DNA from: Octopus vulgaris
Taxonomy: Eukaryota
Assembly: GCA_951406725.2 (NCBI GenBank)
Contig: OX597826.1
Location: forward strand, 17,484,001-17,548,000
DNA: 64,000 nucleotides
Direction of reading: 5' to 3'
The notes beneath the pieces were generated by a model. It saw only the letters and a list, made by a program, of their open reading frames with translations. It had not been told where the DNA came from and did no database searches. Position numbers and translations under genes: made by a program. Positions 1 to 12,239 of this stretch are shown here, one piece after another. Each line of letters opens with the position of its first letter. Position 1 is the stretch's first letter.

Positions 1-111
1 ACACCTCTCGTGTATAATTTCAACCAGCATTCTTCGGTTGAAATTAATTTCACAAGTAAATTACACAAATTACACAAATTAAATAGTTTCCCGCAAAAAT
101 CGGAAATAAAA

Positions 112-314
112 AAATTTCCTTGGGGCTGGCCAGATTGGAGACATTTCGAGTATAACCAGTCGAAATTGCAAAGATATTCTGGAACTCGACTGAGGATTGA
201 AAACTCCAAATGCTCAGTCCTTGTTTTCCTTGCATCATCTGTCTGGATATTTTGTTTTCCCTTTTTTGTTTCACCTAACTATCTGGATGTTTTCCGTTGT
301 TGTCCCATTTTTTG

Positions 315-320
<6 letters not shown>
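112..320 (+). mobile_element. Interspersed repeat family C (unclassified, ends at a microsatellite)
   Basis: Block 'cttggggctggccagattggag...gtataaccag.cgaaattgcaaagata.tctgg.actcgactgagga...gtcccatttt(t)gta' recurs at ~27484-27690 (+) and ~34198-34412 (-). Two of the three copies abut (TA)n or (GATA)n. Confidence 0.75.
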
Positions 321-396
<76 letters not shown>

Positions 397-397
397 T

Positions 398-434
<37 letters not shown>

Positions 435-445
435 TTATGTATGTA
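317..445. repeat. (TA)n/(TG)n compound microsatellite
   Basis: Direct reading. It is the source of the YI/VC/HT ORFs at 10-638. Confidence 0.97.
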
Positions 446-3400
446 TAGTGCGACAGGAAAAGTGGAGAAAACAGATAGAAATGGAAAGAAACAAGGAAGA
501 TATATCATATTTTGTACGTGCATATATAGTGGATGCAAGCATGTTTATATGGATAATATGTTGGCAAGTGCCTTTTACTATAGCTTAGGTGTCTTGTCAG
601 TGACATTCGGTATTTTTGATGGTGAGTATTCCAGATAGTGTGACTTTCTTGCTTGATAATGGAAAACTCCATCAAATTGGAAGTCTGTCGTTTAATAAAT
701 TCCACTGAGATAACAATCATCAAAGTTTTCAAATATTTAGTGATTTTCACCAATCCTATGACTCGATAATGGACGTATACGGTTCGATTTGTTTTGGAGA
801 CCCCGATAGCAGGTATCTCAATATACTAAACTAAACAGGCAATAGGAAAGTTAATTTTATTCCATAATATATTGCATAACGGACAGTCTCTGTTCTAACA
901 ATTGTATGTGGTTAATTTTTCAAAGTCTAATCTACTCGATTGCTGTATATTCGAAACAACCAATAGACCCTACAAGTATACCTTAAAAGATCACCTGATG
1001 TCTTGAAGACCCCGATAGAAGGTGTCTCAATATATTAAACCAAGCAGTTAATAGAAAAGTGAGACGCTTTTAATCTTATTCCTTTCATTGCATATTACAC
1101 CGAGAAGCACAGACTTGGCGGCAGAAGAAAACCAAGTTGTTCTTTGTCTTACAGAATTTTTGAATTCCCAAAATATAAATGATAGAAGCTTTAGTAATGG
1201 ATTTCCGAAACTGAGACCACAGAAATGGCCACCGCACTGATACTCTGTACACGTTAAAAATATATATTAGCGACTAGGACAGTATTAATACTGAAAGATA
1301 ATATTTATCCCCACTTAAACGTGGATGTTCTGTTAAAACAAAAGGGAGAAGACAGGTGAAAGTGGGCAGAAACAGGGAAGATGCATCATATTTATGTACG
1401 TGCATATATAGTGGATGCTAGCATGTTTGCATGGATATGTTGGCAAGTGCATTTTACTATAACTTAGGATCAACAGATGCCTTGTCAGCAAAATTTGTTT
1501 TGATGGCGAATACTTCAAATGGTGTTTCCAAGGTGCCATTGGGATTTTACCCTTCTTAACAGTGAATGCCAAAGAAGATTTGGTTCAGTTTATTTCCTTA
1601 AGTTCTAACTGGCTTGTAAAGGTAATAGCTAATAAACCTGACAAACTTAGAGGAGAAGAGAAATGGTACAGAGACAGCGAGAAAGACTGAAGTGTGAGAA
1701 ACACATGCGTAGGTATTGTATGAATACACACACGTATTTACGTATATATTTATATAACTGTGTGTGTAAATATACAGGTACATCATACCTGTATGATGTA
1801 CCTGTATGGTGGTCTGGCGGATGCAATCATTGCAAGTGACGCCGTTTGGACTGGAAGACGATACCTTCTCTCAAACACATTTACAAGCAGTCTCAGGCTA
1901 TCAAGATCTGATGGTTATCGTAAGAAAATTCTGGAAACCAACATTATCTCAGTCAAGAAACTTTTTACTTTCCGTCTGATCTTCTAAATTTATATGTGAT
2001 TCGCGACAATCCTATTTAAGATTTCCTACATCACAGAAGAGAAACAATGACTATTGAAAAGACAACAAAAGCCGCCGTTAATGACATGATGCGTGCACTA
2101 AATAACGAGTTGGTTCAGTATGAGCGTTCCATTGTTTATTATGATTTTACAGCTGCAGACTAGCAGCAATAAAATGTGCTTGTTAATTCAAATGAACTAG
2201 ATACTTCAGACAAAGTCTGTAACAACAATCAGATAAATATGCTCAATAACGAACAGAGAGTTGTTTCGAGACAATTAAAAGAGAAATTGAAAACAATGAA
2301 TGTGGAGGAACAGCAGAAACTTTTCTGCTGAACTCGCCAAATACAGGCAAATACGTTCGAATGGGCAAAGTACTGGTATTACATCAGGTACTGTAGTTAT
2401 ACAGTCAAAGCTGGAATAGACTTCCCATTCTCACTTCAAGTTTTCGATGTACACGAACCTATCATACATCTCTTTATGCAACCAGTCATCTTCTGTACTA
2501 TATTCAGCATTGGCGTCGGTCGAGTCTCCATAATTCTACCGACATCTTCTTGAAGTCTTGAATAACATCCGTGAAAATATAATGAATTGGTATTAATTAT
2601 TACCCTCATGGTAATTATTAGTCCCTTGTAGAGATTTTCACTAAATTCTCCAAGCAGTCCGTAGAGCTAGACGATTTTAACTAACTGATGCATACAGGAA
2701 AAGGTATTCCATTTGGAGTGGAATGCGAGGTTTTGCAATCCAAACATATATACGAGATTTTAATTGTTTAAACAATGATTTTACTGCATTTAATGTACTA
2801 AACCACCATCCAAACTTCTGCTGGAACTGGGTGAAGAAAGAATAATCCTGAAACAACTTTTCAAGACACCATTGTGGTTTTGTCCTTCCTAACAGCGAAT
2901 GCCAAAGAGGATTTGGTTCGATTTATTTATTCCGAAGTAGCAATACACGTGTCTATTCTAACAACAATAAAAATGATGAGAACGTTCAACCAGACGATGA
3001 AATTACGAATAAACCTCATAGAAGTGTGATTAGACCGGGAAGCACAGATTTGGTGGCAAGTCGTTCTTTTGTCCTATTTTTGAATTCACAAAAAATAAAT
3101 TATCTATTTCCTCACATCGTAAAAATCAAAATAGGAGCTTTAGTAATGGTTTTCCAAAACTGAGACCACAGAAATGGCCCCTGCACTGTTACCCAATACA
3201 CTTTCAAATATATATATTAGCGACAGAGGCCATATTAATAACGAGTGGTAATATTTATCCCCACTTAAACGTGGATGTTCTATTGGAAACAACTACGCTG
3301 CGGTAGATACCATGAGAGAAACTCTGATATAGGCTTTCGGTGCAAATCACACTCTTGTTTATGCCGCTAGCTGATGCAAAAAGCAAAATAGGGCTAGCTA

Positions 3401-3900
3401 TATAAGCACGAGTGCATTTCGCACCAAAAGCCAATATGAGAATTTCTCTCATGGTATCTACCGCAGTATAGTCTGTTCTAACAGAACATCCACGTTTAAG
3501 TGAGGGTAAATATTAACTCCATACACGGTTCTCAACGCTGTAATTGACAATTTAGTTGACATCAGCAGACTTAATGACGTTGACGCTGTAAAGATACAAA
3601 GGATTCCTTGGATATCTCTGCAATCGTCTGACACCGATTTACCATTTACTCTAAAAACAATGTAATTTCTTGCAATTTTCGAAATATACGGCCTAGTCGA
3701 TAAATAAGACAGGGGCAAAATTTAAACATATGCGGATTGCGTCCCCCGATTCTAGTGTTCATATGCGGACAATCATATGCTGCTATAAGCATACAAACCT
3801 AAGAATAATTGCAGATGCAACGGGATTCAAACATACGACCGGAAAGACACATCAAAATAAGTAAAACAGAAACTTAACAAGGAACATTGTTTTTAGAAAT
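446..3900 (+). mobile_element. Degenerate Helitron RepHel (Pif1-like helicase) remnants with internal duplications
   Basis: Frameshifted motifs: LN.EQR.VF (~2240-2270), SP.TGK Walker-A-like (~2330-2355), SHSHFKF (~2424-2445), GDF.QIL-like (~2625-2655), SDTDLPFTLK and a degenerate INK.QGQ...VF..GQ.Y.A.S (~3600-3790). Segments 470-640/1335-1520 and 1100-1335/3030-3290 are duplicated. Confidence 0.75.
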
Positions 3901-3934
3901 ATCATCTAAATATATTCAAATATTGCAGAATGTA

Positions 3935-4834
3935 TACGAGGTGGAATCAAAGATTTCCCGGACTTGTTCTCTAGCGTGCCAGCAGATGCCAGCACACGGT
4001 TGCGTGCGCAGTGTGAACCAGCAGTGAGCATCATGAGGCAGTGTGCTGAGTGACATCACTGTGTTTACTTCGCAAGTTGTTAAATTTGCGTTTTTGTCAT
4101 CACGAGTATGTTGCAGTCTACGATTTTGTCATGGACAAGAAGTAGAAACAAAGAACCAACATGAAAGTTTACGTCAAACCTGGGATGTCTGCTACAGAGA
4201 CATTGAGCATATTTTGGCAAGCTTACGGCGACAAGGCAATGGATCATGCGCAATGTTTCGAAAGGCACGAGCACTTCAAAAGAGGAAGAACGCCCGTGGA
4301 AGACGACGAGCGGTCTGAAAGACCTGCCACGAGCGTCACCCCCGCAAATGTGGTACTGTGCATCGAGAATTCGTCCCCCCAGGGCCAAACTGTCAATCGG
4401 GAGTTCCACTGCGAGTTTTTGAAGTGTTTGAGGAAGGACATTCGTCGAAAGCGACTGAATCTGTGGAGTACGAAGAATTGGATTCTTCACTGAGTTCTCC
4501 TCACTCGTGAGTTTCTAGACAAAAACATGGTATCGCTTTCCGCACCCACCCTATTCGCCAGATTTAGCACCAGTGGACTTCCATCTCTTCCCCAAAATGA
4601 AAATGTTGCTCAAAGGTCGCCGTCTTAACAACGTTGTCGAGATCCAGAGCGAATCGGAGACGGTTCGCTTTCGGAAAACAACTTTCAGGCCGGATTCCAA
4701 AAGTAGCAGGAACGCTGGCACAGGTGTATTGCTGTACAAGGTGACTCTTTCGAAGTAGACGGATCTTAAAACTTATGTAAATAAGTTATTTATTAAATAT
4801 AATTAGTCTGGGAATATTTTGATACCACTTCGGA
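3935..4834 (+). mobile_element. Internally deleted mariner DNA transposon
   Basis: About 30-bp TIRs (TAcgaggtggaatcaaagatttcccggact / agtctgggaatattttgataccacttcgga). Transposase pieces KPGMSATETL...FKRGRTPVEDDERS, PQGQTVNREF, WILH and HPPYSPDLAPVDFHLFPKMK are present; the central DDD region is deleted. Confidence 0.93.
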
Positions 4835-5067
4835 TACTGACTTTGCAGAATAATTAATAAGATAAGTTTTAAATTAACAAGATTAACAGTGTAGCCTTCA
4901 TAGACAAAGACAGCTTACATTTCAATAATTTCCATAGATAAACAGCGCTTGATGTGACATTTATTTTTATGAAAATGAAAATAGAGTTAAACTCCATACA
5001 CTCTTTATTTCTCTGTATTTAAACTGAATATATTTTATATTAGATGAAGCATTTTAAACAGAAGCTG

Positions 5068-7300
5068 GGCTCTGGTTCAGGAATTCCAAGCTTTTGCGGA
5101 GCGTGAAACCACCTCTTAGCCTTTGTTGTTCCCAAATTTATTTTCACCGGGAGAAGTAGCACCTGTCAGGACCCCCATATATGGGTTAACTAGTATATAT
5201 CTTATGGGCAGGATGGGACTCTTTCATCTTGAACGACAACCCCTCTCCAGGAAACTGAAACTCCAAAATCAGACTAGGATTACAGAAATCCTTTACCCTT
5301 GGGTGAAAATCCCTTTAATGATAGTGTTACAAAAAAAATACTGTTTGGTGGAAAACCTAAAACACATCCCTCGAACTTGAGAGAAAAATACGAAATACAA
5401 ATGAAGTAAATAACGACGTGAATGAAACTGGAACCAAGAATGGTGACGATGTCATGTCCGGCAGGTGTGCCGCTGTGCAGCAGGGTTGGCCGGTTGTCAA
5501 CCAGCAACAGCTAGCCAACAAGCAAGACTGATTTAGAGCAAGCGAGGGAATATTGCAGTTATTGAGAGCTGATATTTAAGTAAGCTTGTTGGTGAAGAAG
5601 AAAGATTAATCAATGAATACAGGACAATGGAAGGGGGAAAAGTATATTTGAAACCCCTGAACTGAGAATATGCGATCAATTTAAAGCGATTGGAAAGAAT
5701 GAGTGGCTAAATGATGTCGAGTTTGGGCTAATTAGAAGAAGGGTTCTTGACATAGAGAGTGAAAGATTTGAAGAAATGGAAAAGGGGAGGATGGAAATGC
5801 GACAAATGAAGGAACTTTAAAGGAACCTGCTTATGATGTGCCACATAAGAAGCTTGGTCACGTGATGAATGTACTTGAAGAAGAAAACCTTGCATGGGAA
5901 CAGAAAACACCGTGCAACGGGATAACAGCCGAACTTAGAAAAGGGTACAATGACTAAATCTGTCACCTTGGGAAGGTTGATCAGCAGGAGACAATGAAAG
6001 TGAATGAAGCCCTAAAGTATATCCATACAAGCAACGTTTCAAAGGCTAATAATTGGCTCAGGGTAGAAAGTATTACAGAAGCAGAGAATGAAGGCGTGGC
6101 CGCAAAGAAATCGATAAGTAATACCAAACGAAAGCACACAGAGGAAGTGGAAAAGACGAATGCAGTGAGGCATTGAAACATTAGTGAAAGACATTTCAGT
6201 GCTGGACAGAAAAATCAACGACATCCTTAGAAATGAGCAGAAGAATGATAGGCTGAAGAGACAACATGACATAGAAAGAAAGAGGCTCTTTGTTGTATTT
6301 GAAGAACTGGAACAACGTGTGATTGCAAAGAAACCAAAAGTACCAAGGTATGAACAACGAATTAAACAACCCCAATGTAACAAGCTCTTCCGCATAGACC
6401 AAAAGAAGTTTTGCAAGAAAATTAATGGGGAATTAGTAGAATAAGCGTTAGTCCCAAATGAACAGGACTGTAAAACTTCTCTAGTAATATTTGGAGTAAA
6501 AGGGGACAGCACAGCAAAAAGGCTGAATGGTTAAAAGATCTGAAGGGAGCCTTTGTAAATCCGAGACAGACAGAAATTATAATTTCAGGGGGATATTCGA
6601 GAAAGAAGTAAACGTATAACTAGAAGTCGCCAGACCCAGACAGAGTGCAGTGATATTGAATTAAAAAATTTTAAATGGTGCCACGCAAAGATTGCAGTAC
6701 AGTTTAACGTTTTGGTAGGGAATTGGAGAGGAAATATCAGAGTGGCTGATATAGACAGAACAGTTTTATGCATGAAGAACTTGGTGAAAGAAAATGCTGT
6801 CGAGAACTTACAGATCAATGTTTTGTTTACTTTTCATGTGGAAGCTATTGACAGTGGTAATTGCAGATAAGCAGAATAGCAGCAAACGAAAAGAGCAGGA
6901 GAGTAAATGAAAATGCAGAAGTGCTAAAGAACAGTTGCTAAGTGATACGATCAGTTGCTAAGTATTAATTGGCTGCAAAACAAGGGAGGCTAATCTGGCA
7001 ATATTATGGATTGATTACCCTTAGGCATAGGATTTGGTCTCACACTCATTGAATAGAGAACGCCTAAACATATTTGAAATTGCAAATAATATAGAACATT
7101 TTCTGGGATAAAGTATAAAAACATGGAAGATCGAGTTTACATGTGATGAACAAAGTTTTTTAAATATTTCAAGAAGCTGATTTGTCTCCATTGTTGTTTG
7201 TAGTGTGCAATGATCTTGAAAAGAACTAAAGCAGGGTATGAGTTATGGGGACATCTGGATGTCTTGAGAGAAAATTCGTACGGATTGAATAAGGGGGTCC
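5068..7300 (+). mobile_element. Decayed R4/Dong-like (RLE-class) non-LTR retrotransposon, 5' UTR to RT
   Basis: Interrupted translation gives RYEQRIKQ..CNKLFRIDQKKF, AEWLKDLK, P.PD.VQ, RTVLC.K...K.NAVEN and MWKLLT.VIA, which are typical N-terminal and RT domain 0-2 motifs of this clade. Confidence 0.75.
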
Positions 7301-7309
7301 AATTGACGA

Positions 7310-7733
7310 CTGCTAGCTCCGTAAGGCATCAAACCATCCGTTAACATCAGATGATTGATTGGTTTCGTGTTCTCCCGCAGTTTGTAACCAGCTGCCATCT
7401 TTCTCTTGTACCCTTTCGGTTCGTCCGCTGTACAATTTATTTCCAGTTAGAAGTTTACACATCCTTAGTAAACAAGCAATCGGACAATAGTCACTGACCA
7501 CGGTAGCATTCGATGGATCCCTTTCAATCAACAGTTCTTCCTTTGACCATCTATTCTAGGTGTACGCAGCCTTGTAGGAGTTTTTGTAGTTTAGCATGTA
7601 CATTCGTCAAAACTTTGAGCCAGAATCCCTGAACTAGATCCGAGCCAGCAGCCTTCCAATTTCTCATCTAATCAACTCCGGCTTGAGTACCTTCCAACCT
7701 GATGACAATGTACTTCTGTACCCCGATGGCTTT

Positions 7734-7735
<2 letters not shown>
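7310..7735 (-). mobile_element. Second R4/Dong-like RT fragment, inverted
   Basis: ORF 7313-7531 contains DPSNATVVSDYCPIACLLRMCKLLTG (the YRPI.CL...KLLT motif). Confidence 0.7.

Positions 7736-7736
<1 letters not shown>

Positions 7737-7830
<94 letters not shown>
7737..7830. repeat. (ATC)n(ATT)n microsatellite
   Basis: Direct reading. Confidence 0.97.
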
Positions 7831-7836
7831 CACTAA

Positions 7837-8233
7837 GGCGGCGAGCTGGCAGAAACGTTAGCACGCCGGGCGAAATGCGTAGTCGTATTTCGTCTGCCGT
7901 TACGTTGTGAGTTCAAATTCCGCCGAGGTCGACTTTGCCTTTCATCCTTTCGGGGTCGATTAAATAAGTACCAGTTACGCACTGGGGTCGATGTAATCGA
8001 CTTAATCCGTTTGTCTGTCCTTGTTTGTTCCCTCTGTGTTTAACCCCTTGTGGGTAGTAAAGAAATAGGTATTTCGTATGTCTTTACGTTCTGAGTTCAA
8101 GTTCCGCCAAGGACGACTTTGCCTTTCACCCTTTCGAGGTTGATAAATTAAGTACCAGTTGAGTACTGGGGTCTATGTGATCGATTGTCCCCCTCTCCAG
8201 AAAATCCAGGCCTTTGCCTATAGTAGAAAGGAC

Positions 8234-8235
<2 letters not shown>
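7837..8235 (+). mobile_element. tRNA-derived SINE family A, full copy plus partial tandem copy
   Basis: Head ggcggcgagctggcaga with B-box gagttcaaattcc, central gcctttcatcctttcggggtcgat..aagtaccag, tail ...gtgggtagtaaagaaata. There are at least 10 copies in the window. Confidence 0.9.
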
Positions 8236-8276
<41 letters not shown>

Positions 8277-8689
8277 GTTATCATGACTGCTGGTGTTTAT
8301 AATGTTTATGACGTTGATAATTATGGTCGTCATGAGGATACTGATATGGTGAAAGAATTTGCTTTATTAACATAAATTTACGCCAGTTGGATATATTGTC
8401 ATATCCAAATAACAAATGTTGTAATACCCAGCTTAGTCTTAGACTGGGATTCGAATTGCGAAGCGCAAAATATGTAAAATAATTTACCGTTTACTGGCAA
8501 TCAGCATTGAAATTATTAGGTAAGAGTTAGTTCCCTTGTTTACCGATTACTTCCCTTGCATGCCTGGTCAACATTACATACAGCTACATGACTTTATTCT
8601 TGTTTCTTTTTCGGGTTTTTGTTTTCCTTTCATTTTCCTTTCATTCCGTTTCGAAAGTAACGTTGACTACATGTTGAATAAATATTACA

Positions 8690-9356
8690 GTTATTATTAT
8701 TATTATTATTTTTATTATGACCGGATTCCAGCCCAGTCCGCAGCCACAAAGTCCACTGCCACAATTCTCGGTCCAGCATCGCTGCCTCGAGGTCCTGCGT
8801 CTAATTATTGAAATGGAAACAATAAATATGATTACCAAGAACACTCCCCCCCCCCCCCCTGTCATACACGAGCACCGTCCTAACATTGAATTTCATCTTG
8901 TTTCCGTAACCTTACTACGTACCTGTGTTGCGTACAGCGATTATACTTGCTGAATCTTTTGCATCGCAGCTGATTTAATACATTTCTTTATATTTCCAAG
9001 AAAAATCAACTCTTTTGAAACACGAAACTGAAAGAAACTGAAAGATAGAAACTGAAAGGATATGTCCTGGATACACTTCAGGCCATTGTCTGCAATCAGG
9101 TTGTCGATGAATGTCAACGTTTTCCTCTTCTTGCATCACCATGGAGTGAATTCCACAAGACTAATTCGGATGCTGGCAGTCCAGGGTGGCGCACGCAGTG
9201 ACCAGATAGTCGCAGCCGTCTTTGCCTGATCTTCTCTCTCTAACTTTTGGCAGATCTCCGTAAAGGCATTCGTTTGTCCTATGCTGCTGCCATTTCACAT
9301 TTAGAGCCATTTGTGGCATCCTTGTGAAGCAGCCATCGAGTCCGTTTGATCATTTA
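8690..9356 (-). mobile_element. RTE-X-like LINE 3' end, split by a templated inverted insertion
   Basis: Minus-strand translation LDGCFTRMPQMALNVKWQQH.TNECLYGDLP...RQRRLRLSGHCVRHP...LVLW..LHG...TFIDNLIADNGLKCIQD (9356-9064) continues as QDLEAAMLDRELW (8797-8760) and then a (TAA)n tail. Confidence 0.85.
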
Positions 9357-9637
9357 AGGGAGTCTTTATTCTATGTTTCGTTAAAGATTTCCGATGTAGA
9401 ACAACAGTTTCGAGTTTCAAAAGAGTTGATTTTTCTTGGTAATTTAAAGAAATGTATTAAATCAGCTGCGATGCAAAGGATTCAGCAAGTATAATCGCTG
9501 TACGCAACATACGAACGTAGTAAGGTTACGGAAACAAGATGAAATTCAATGTTACGACGGTGCTCGTGTATGACAGGGAGGGGGGAGTGTTCTTGGTAAT
9601 CATATTTATTGTTTCCATTTTAATAATTAGACGCAGG
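8794..9637. repeat. About 235-bp inverted repeat (8794-9030 vs 9405-9637)
   Basis: The arms are reverse complements at high identity, e.g. gcgtacagcgattatacttgctgaatc / gattcagcaagtataatcgctgtacgc. Confidence 0.95.
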
Positions 9638-9815
9638 CGTGGCAGTATGGTAAGAAGCTTGCTTCCCAACCACATAGTTCCGGGTTCAGTCCCACTGAGT
9701 GACACCTTGAGACGACCAAAGCCTTGTCACTGGGTTTGGTAGATAGAAACTGAAAGAAGCCTGTTGTGTATATATGCATATGTGCATATGTGCATGTATG
9801 TGCGCGTGTGCGTGT
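9628..9815 (+). mobile_element. tRNA-derived CORE-like SINE family B, 5' part
   Basis: Matches consensus taggcgcaggagtggctgtgtggtaag...ccgggttcagtcccactg...gaaactgaaagaagcc. Confidence 0.85.
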
Positions 9816-9829
9816 GAGGGGATGAAGTT

Positions 9830-10450
9830 GGTAAAATGGAGAAGCATTATTTTGAATCGGTATTTGCTGAAGTATATAGAAGTGGAGTTAGATGCAAATC
9901 ACGCAGCAAATGTGGAGGTTACAGTCTGAGAGGCGGAAGATTTTGTGGACCATGCAATACACAGAATAATTCTTTGCGCTTGAGAGTAACGATTTCACGG
10001 GACTTACGACAATGGATAAAAGTGGTTCAATTTATAGAAGTAGTTGAATTTTTCTGGACGTCCCAAGCCCCGTCTTCCTGAACCGATGTAACACATAAGT
10101 AAACTTATGGAATTTAGTATTATAAGATTTGTTTGTGTTTGGGATAAGGTGGGACAAGAGGAGGGTTTCTGTCAGCCGGTGAGCTGGTGTGAAAGACAAG
10201 TAGTGTCAGAAATAAGAGGAACGCTGAACAGCAAGTGAATGGCAAGTGCCAAGGGTCTGAGAAGTGAAAGGATTCATAATATATGAATGCGTTGTCGAAA
10301 TAAAGTATTAGTTAGGTGACCCGATTGGTACAGAACTGTTTGGTAGCAGTTGGGATTTAAGGTGTGAAGGAGATTAATGGTGTTTCATACGTCTGTGTAT
10401 CTAGCAAGAGTTGATTTGTTCTTAGTGGGAGACAAAGGAACTATGGCTCA
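9830..10450 (-). mobile_element. Highly decayed Penelope-like GIY-YIG remnant
   Basis: Minus strand shows IG.....F.QR-like and LTETLLL motifs resembling the PLE endonuclease C-terminus. Confidence 0.45.
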
Positions 10451-11180
10451 AGAACAATCACTAACCACTAATTCGATCCATAAAAGTAACCCAACTAGTT
10501 ATCAAAGCAGCCATCCAGAACTTTTCAGCGAATATTGTTCTACTATCTATTATTACAGCCGATAAAGGAGCTTCTATGCAAGTCTCATGACACGTTTTTA
10601 AACAGTTACACCTTTCGTACTATTTCAGGCGTTTCGGTTTAAATTTTAGGACAAACCAGTCTATAACAGACAAAATATCTATGGAATTCATTCGTAGGAT
10701 ATAGGTTTAGTTTATAAACCGGACCCCCATAATTATACACTGATCTTTCCACTCTTCATTGTTCTATAACCCTAACCCTAACCTTAACCATAAACATAAT
10801 CTTCACTAAAACTTCATGCAAAGCACTTTGCTCTGGTCTTTCTCCTCAAAAGTACAAACCTTTGAAATTCTCACTTTGCTCATGTTTTCCCTACAAATAT
10901 AAATTCCCTGTAAATCCTTATAAATTTATACTGAACAAGCAATCGCATTAACCTCACCAGTTTGGGAAATTTTGAAAAGTTATCAGCCCTGCTCCTCTAA
11001 CTTGATCTAAATACCGTTTACAAAAAAATTAATTAAATAATAACAAGAAGAATGACAACAGTGTCAGTTTTGAACAAGAGAATCATTGAATTTCATTTTC
11101 TTAAATATCCTTTAAATAACGAAAGTTCTTCTTACAGGAATAAAAAGGTAAATGGCATATGAAGCAGAAACGTTTCTCCC

Positions 11181-11735
11181 TTATTTTTTATTTTTACCTT
11201 TATGTTTAAGCATTTCCCCCAACAATTTATGCGGATGTAAGTAGTCTCTTCTGCTATCATACTGTCTCTCGTAACATTTTCTGAAATATTCCACATAAAA
11301 ACTTGATGGGTTCCGTGGTTTAGCTTCTAACTTATCATCGCCCACTTTTATTTCAAACGATGGTTGCAAGCCATGCTTACCTGAAGCAGAACTTACTTTG
11401 TAAGTCATTGCTGGTAAGAGAAGTGTCTGCGGTTTTAAGACTTTGTTTGTGGGAGTATCATATACTTGAATGTCTTCGGTTTTCATGAAACATGGTACTT
11501 TTGATTGTTTGTTAGACGAACTTGAACGATAATCTTTCTCGAACTTCTTGACCGCCTCACCTGAACGAGGCTTTTTAACCTCTATCAATTGCAACTTATT
11601 TTCACTTAAACGAAAGTTATTCCAAGCGAATTTTCTGTTATTTTTGTAATAACTTAAATTCGTTGGAATATCTTTAGGTTGCCCAACATTCGGGCGCAAA
11701 CCAGCAAGATACGTGTCTTGGCTCAGGGAGTGCAT
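11181..11735 (-). CDS. Single-exon, basic 184-aa protein of unknown function (orphan candidate)
   Basis: The only long non-repetitive ORF outside recognisable TEs. It has normal codon variety, an in-frame TGA directly before the ATG and AATAAA overlapping the last codons. No TE motif recognised. Confidence 0.6.
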   Translation of the reverse strand: MHSLSQDTYLAGLRPNVGQPKDIPTNLSYYKNNRKFAWNNFRLSENKLQLIEVKKPRSGEAVKKFEKDYRSSSSNKQSKVPCFMKTEDIQVYDTPTNKVLKPQTLLLPAMTYKVSSASGKHGLQPSFEIKVGDDKLEAKPRNPSSFYVEYFRKCYERQYDSRRDYLHPHKLLGEMLKHKGKNKK

Positions 11736-11790
11736 TCAAATGCGACATTCAGATCGGTAATGCAGTGTTGCTGCTTTATTCCGGCATTCT

Positions 11791-11822
11791 ATCACGTGAC
11801 ATAGAGCTATTATGACGTGTCA
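11791..11822. promoter_or_regulatory. Palindromic E-box (TCACGTGA) and CRE-like TGACGT upstream of the 184-aa ORF
   Basis: atcacgtgac at 11791-11800 and tgacgtgtca at 11813-11822, 55-90 nt upstream of the minus-strand ATG. Confidence 0.35.
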
Positions 11823-12239
11823 ACTAACTTTCCATCAGATCAAAAGTTTTACATATTGTGTAGCACTAAAGATGGCAGGAAAAGTAATGTCTAAATTTAT
11901 TACAATATTTCATTTTGTCCTGCTTGCTTCTAAATTCACTTCTTGTCAGAATTCGATGTATCTTCATATTTCCAGCATCGACAAAATATGCTCAAATAAT
12001 ATATAGTAAACAGATTTGGTCGACAACATTCATACTCTGTTAAAACTTGACTGTTGATGGTGAAATGTAACATAATTTGAAAATCGAATATTCTTCCATT
12101 AATATCATAAAGTACCCACCAAGATTTTCAGTATAAAAACGTCGATCATATCATTTTATAGGTACAACATTTTCAACGGGGTAAATGTGTATAAACTGGC
12201 AATCAGACATCTTTTGCTTTTCCAGATTATTGAAATAAT

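Noticed and set aside
7837-7925. tRNA genes at SINE heads (A/B boxes)
   Set aside because: No complete cloverleaf; each continues into SINE body and tail, often with TSDs.
8794-9637. Pack-type TIR transposon that captured a LINE fragment
   Set aside because: The LINE reading frame continues outside the left arm, so the arm was inserted into the LINE rather than the LINE being captured.
10768-10790. Telomere or telomere-fusion site from CCCTAA/TTAGGG units (also 23665-23698, 38685-38712)
   Set aside because: Only 3-4 imperfect units; at the latter two sites they are internal to a MITE family.
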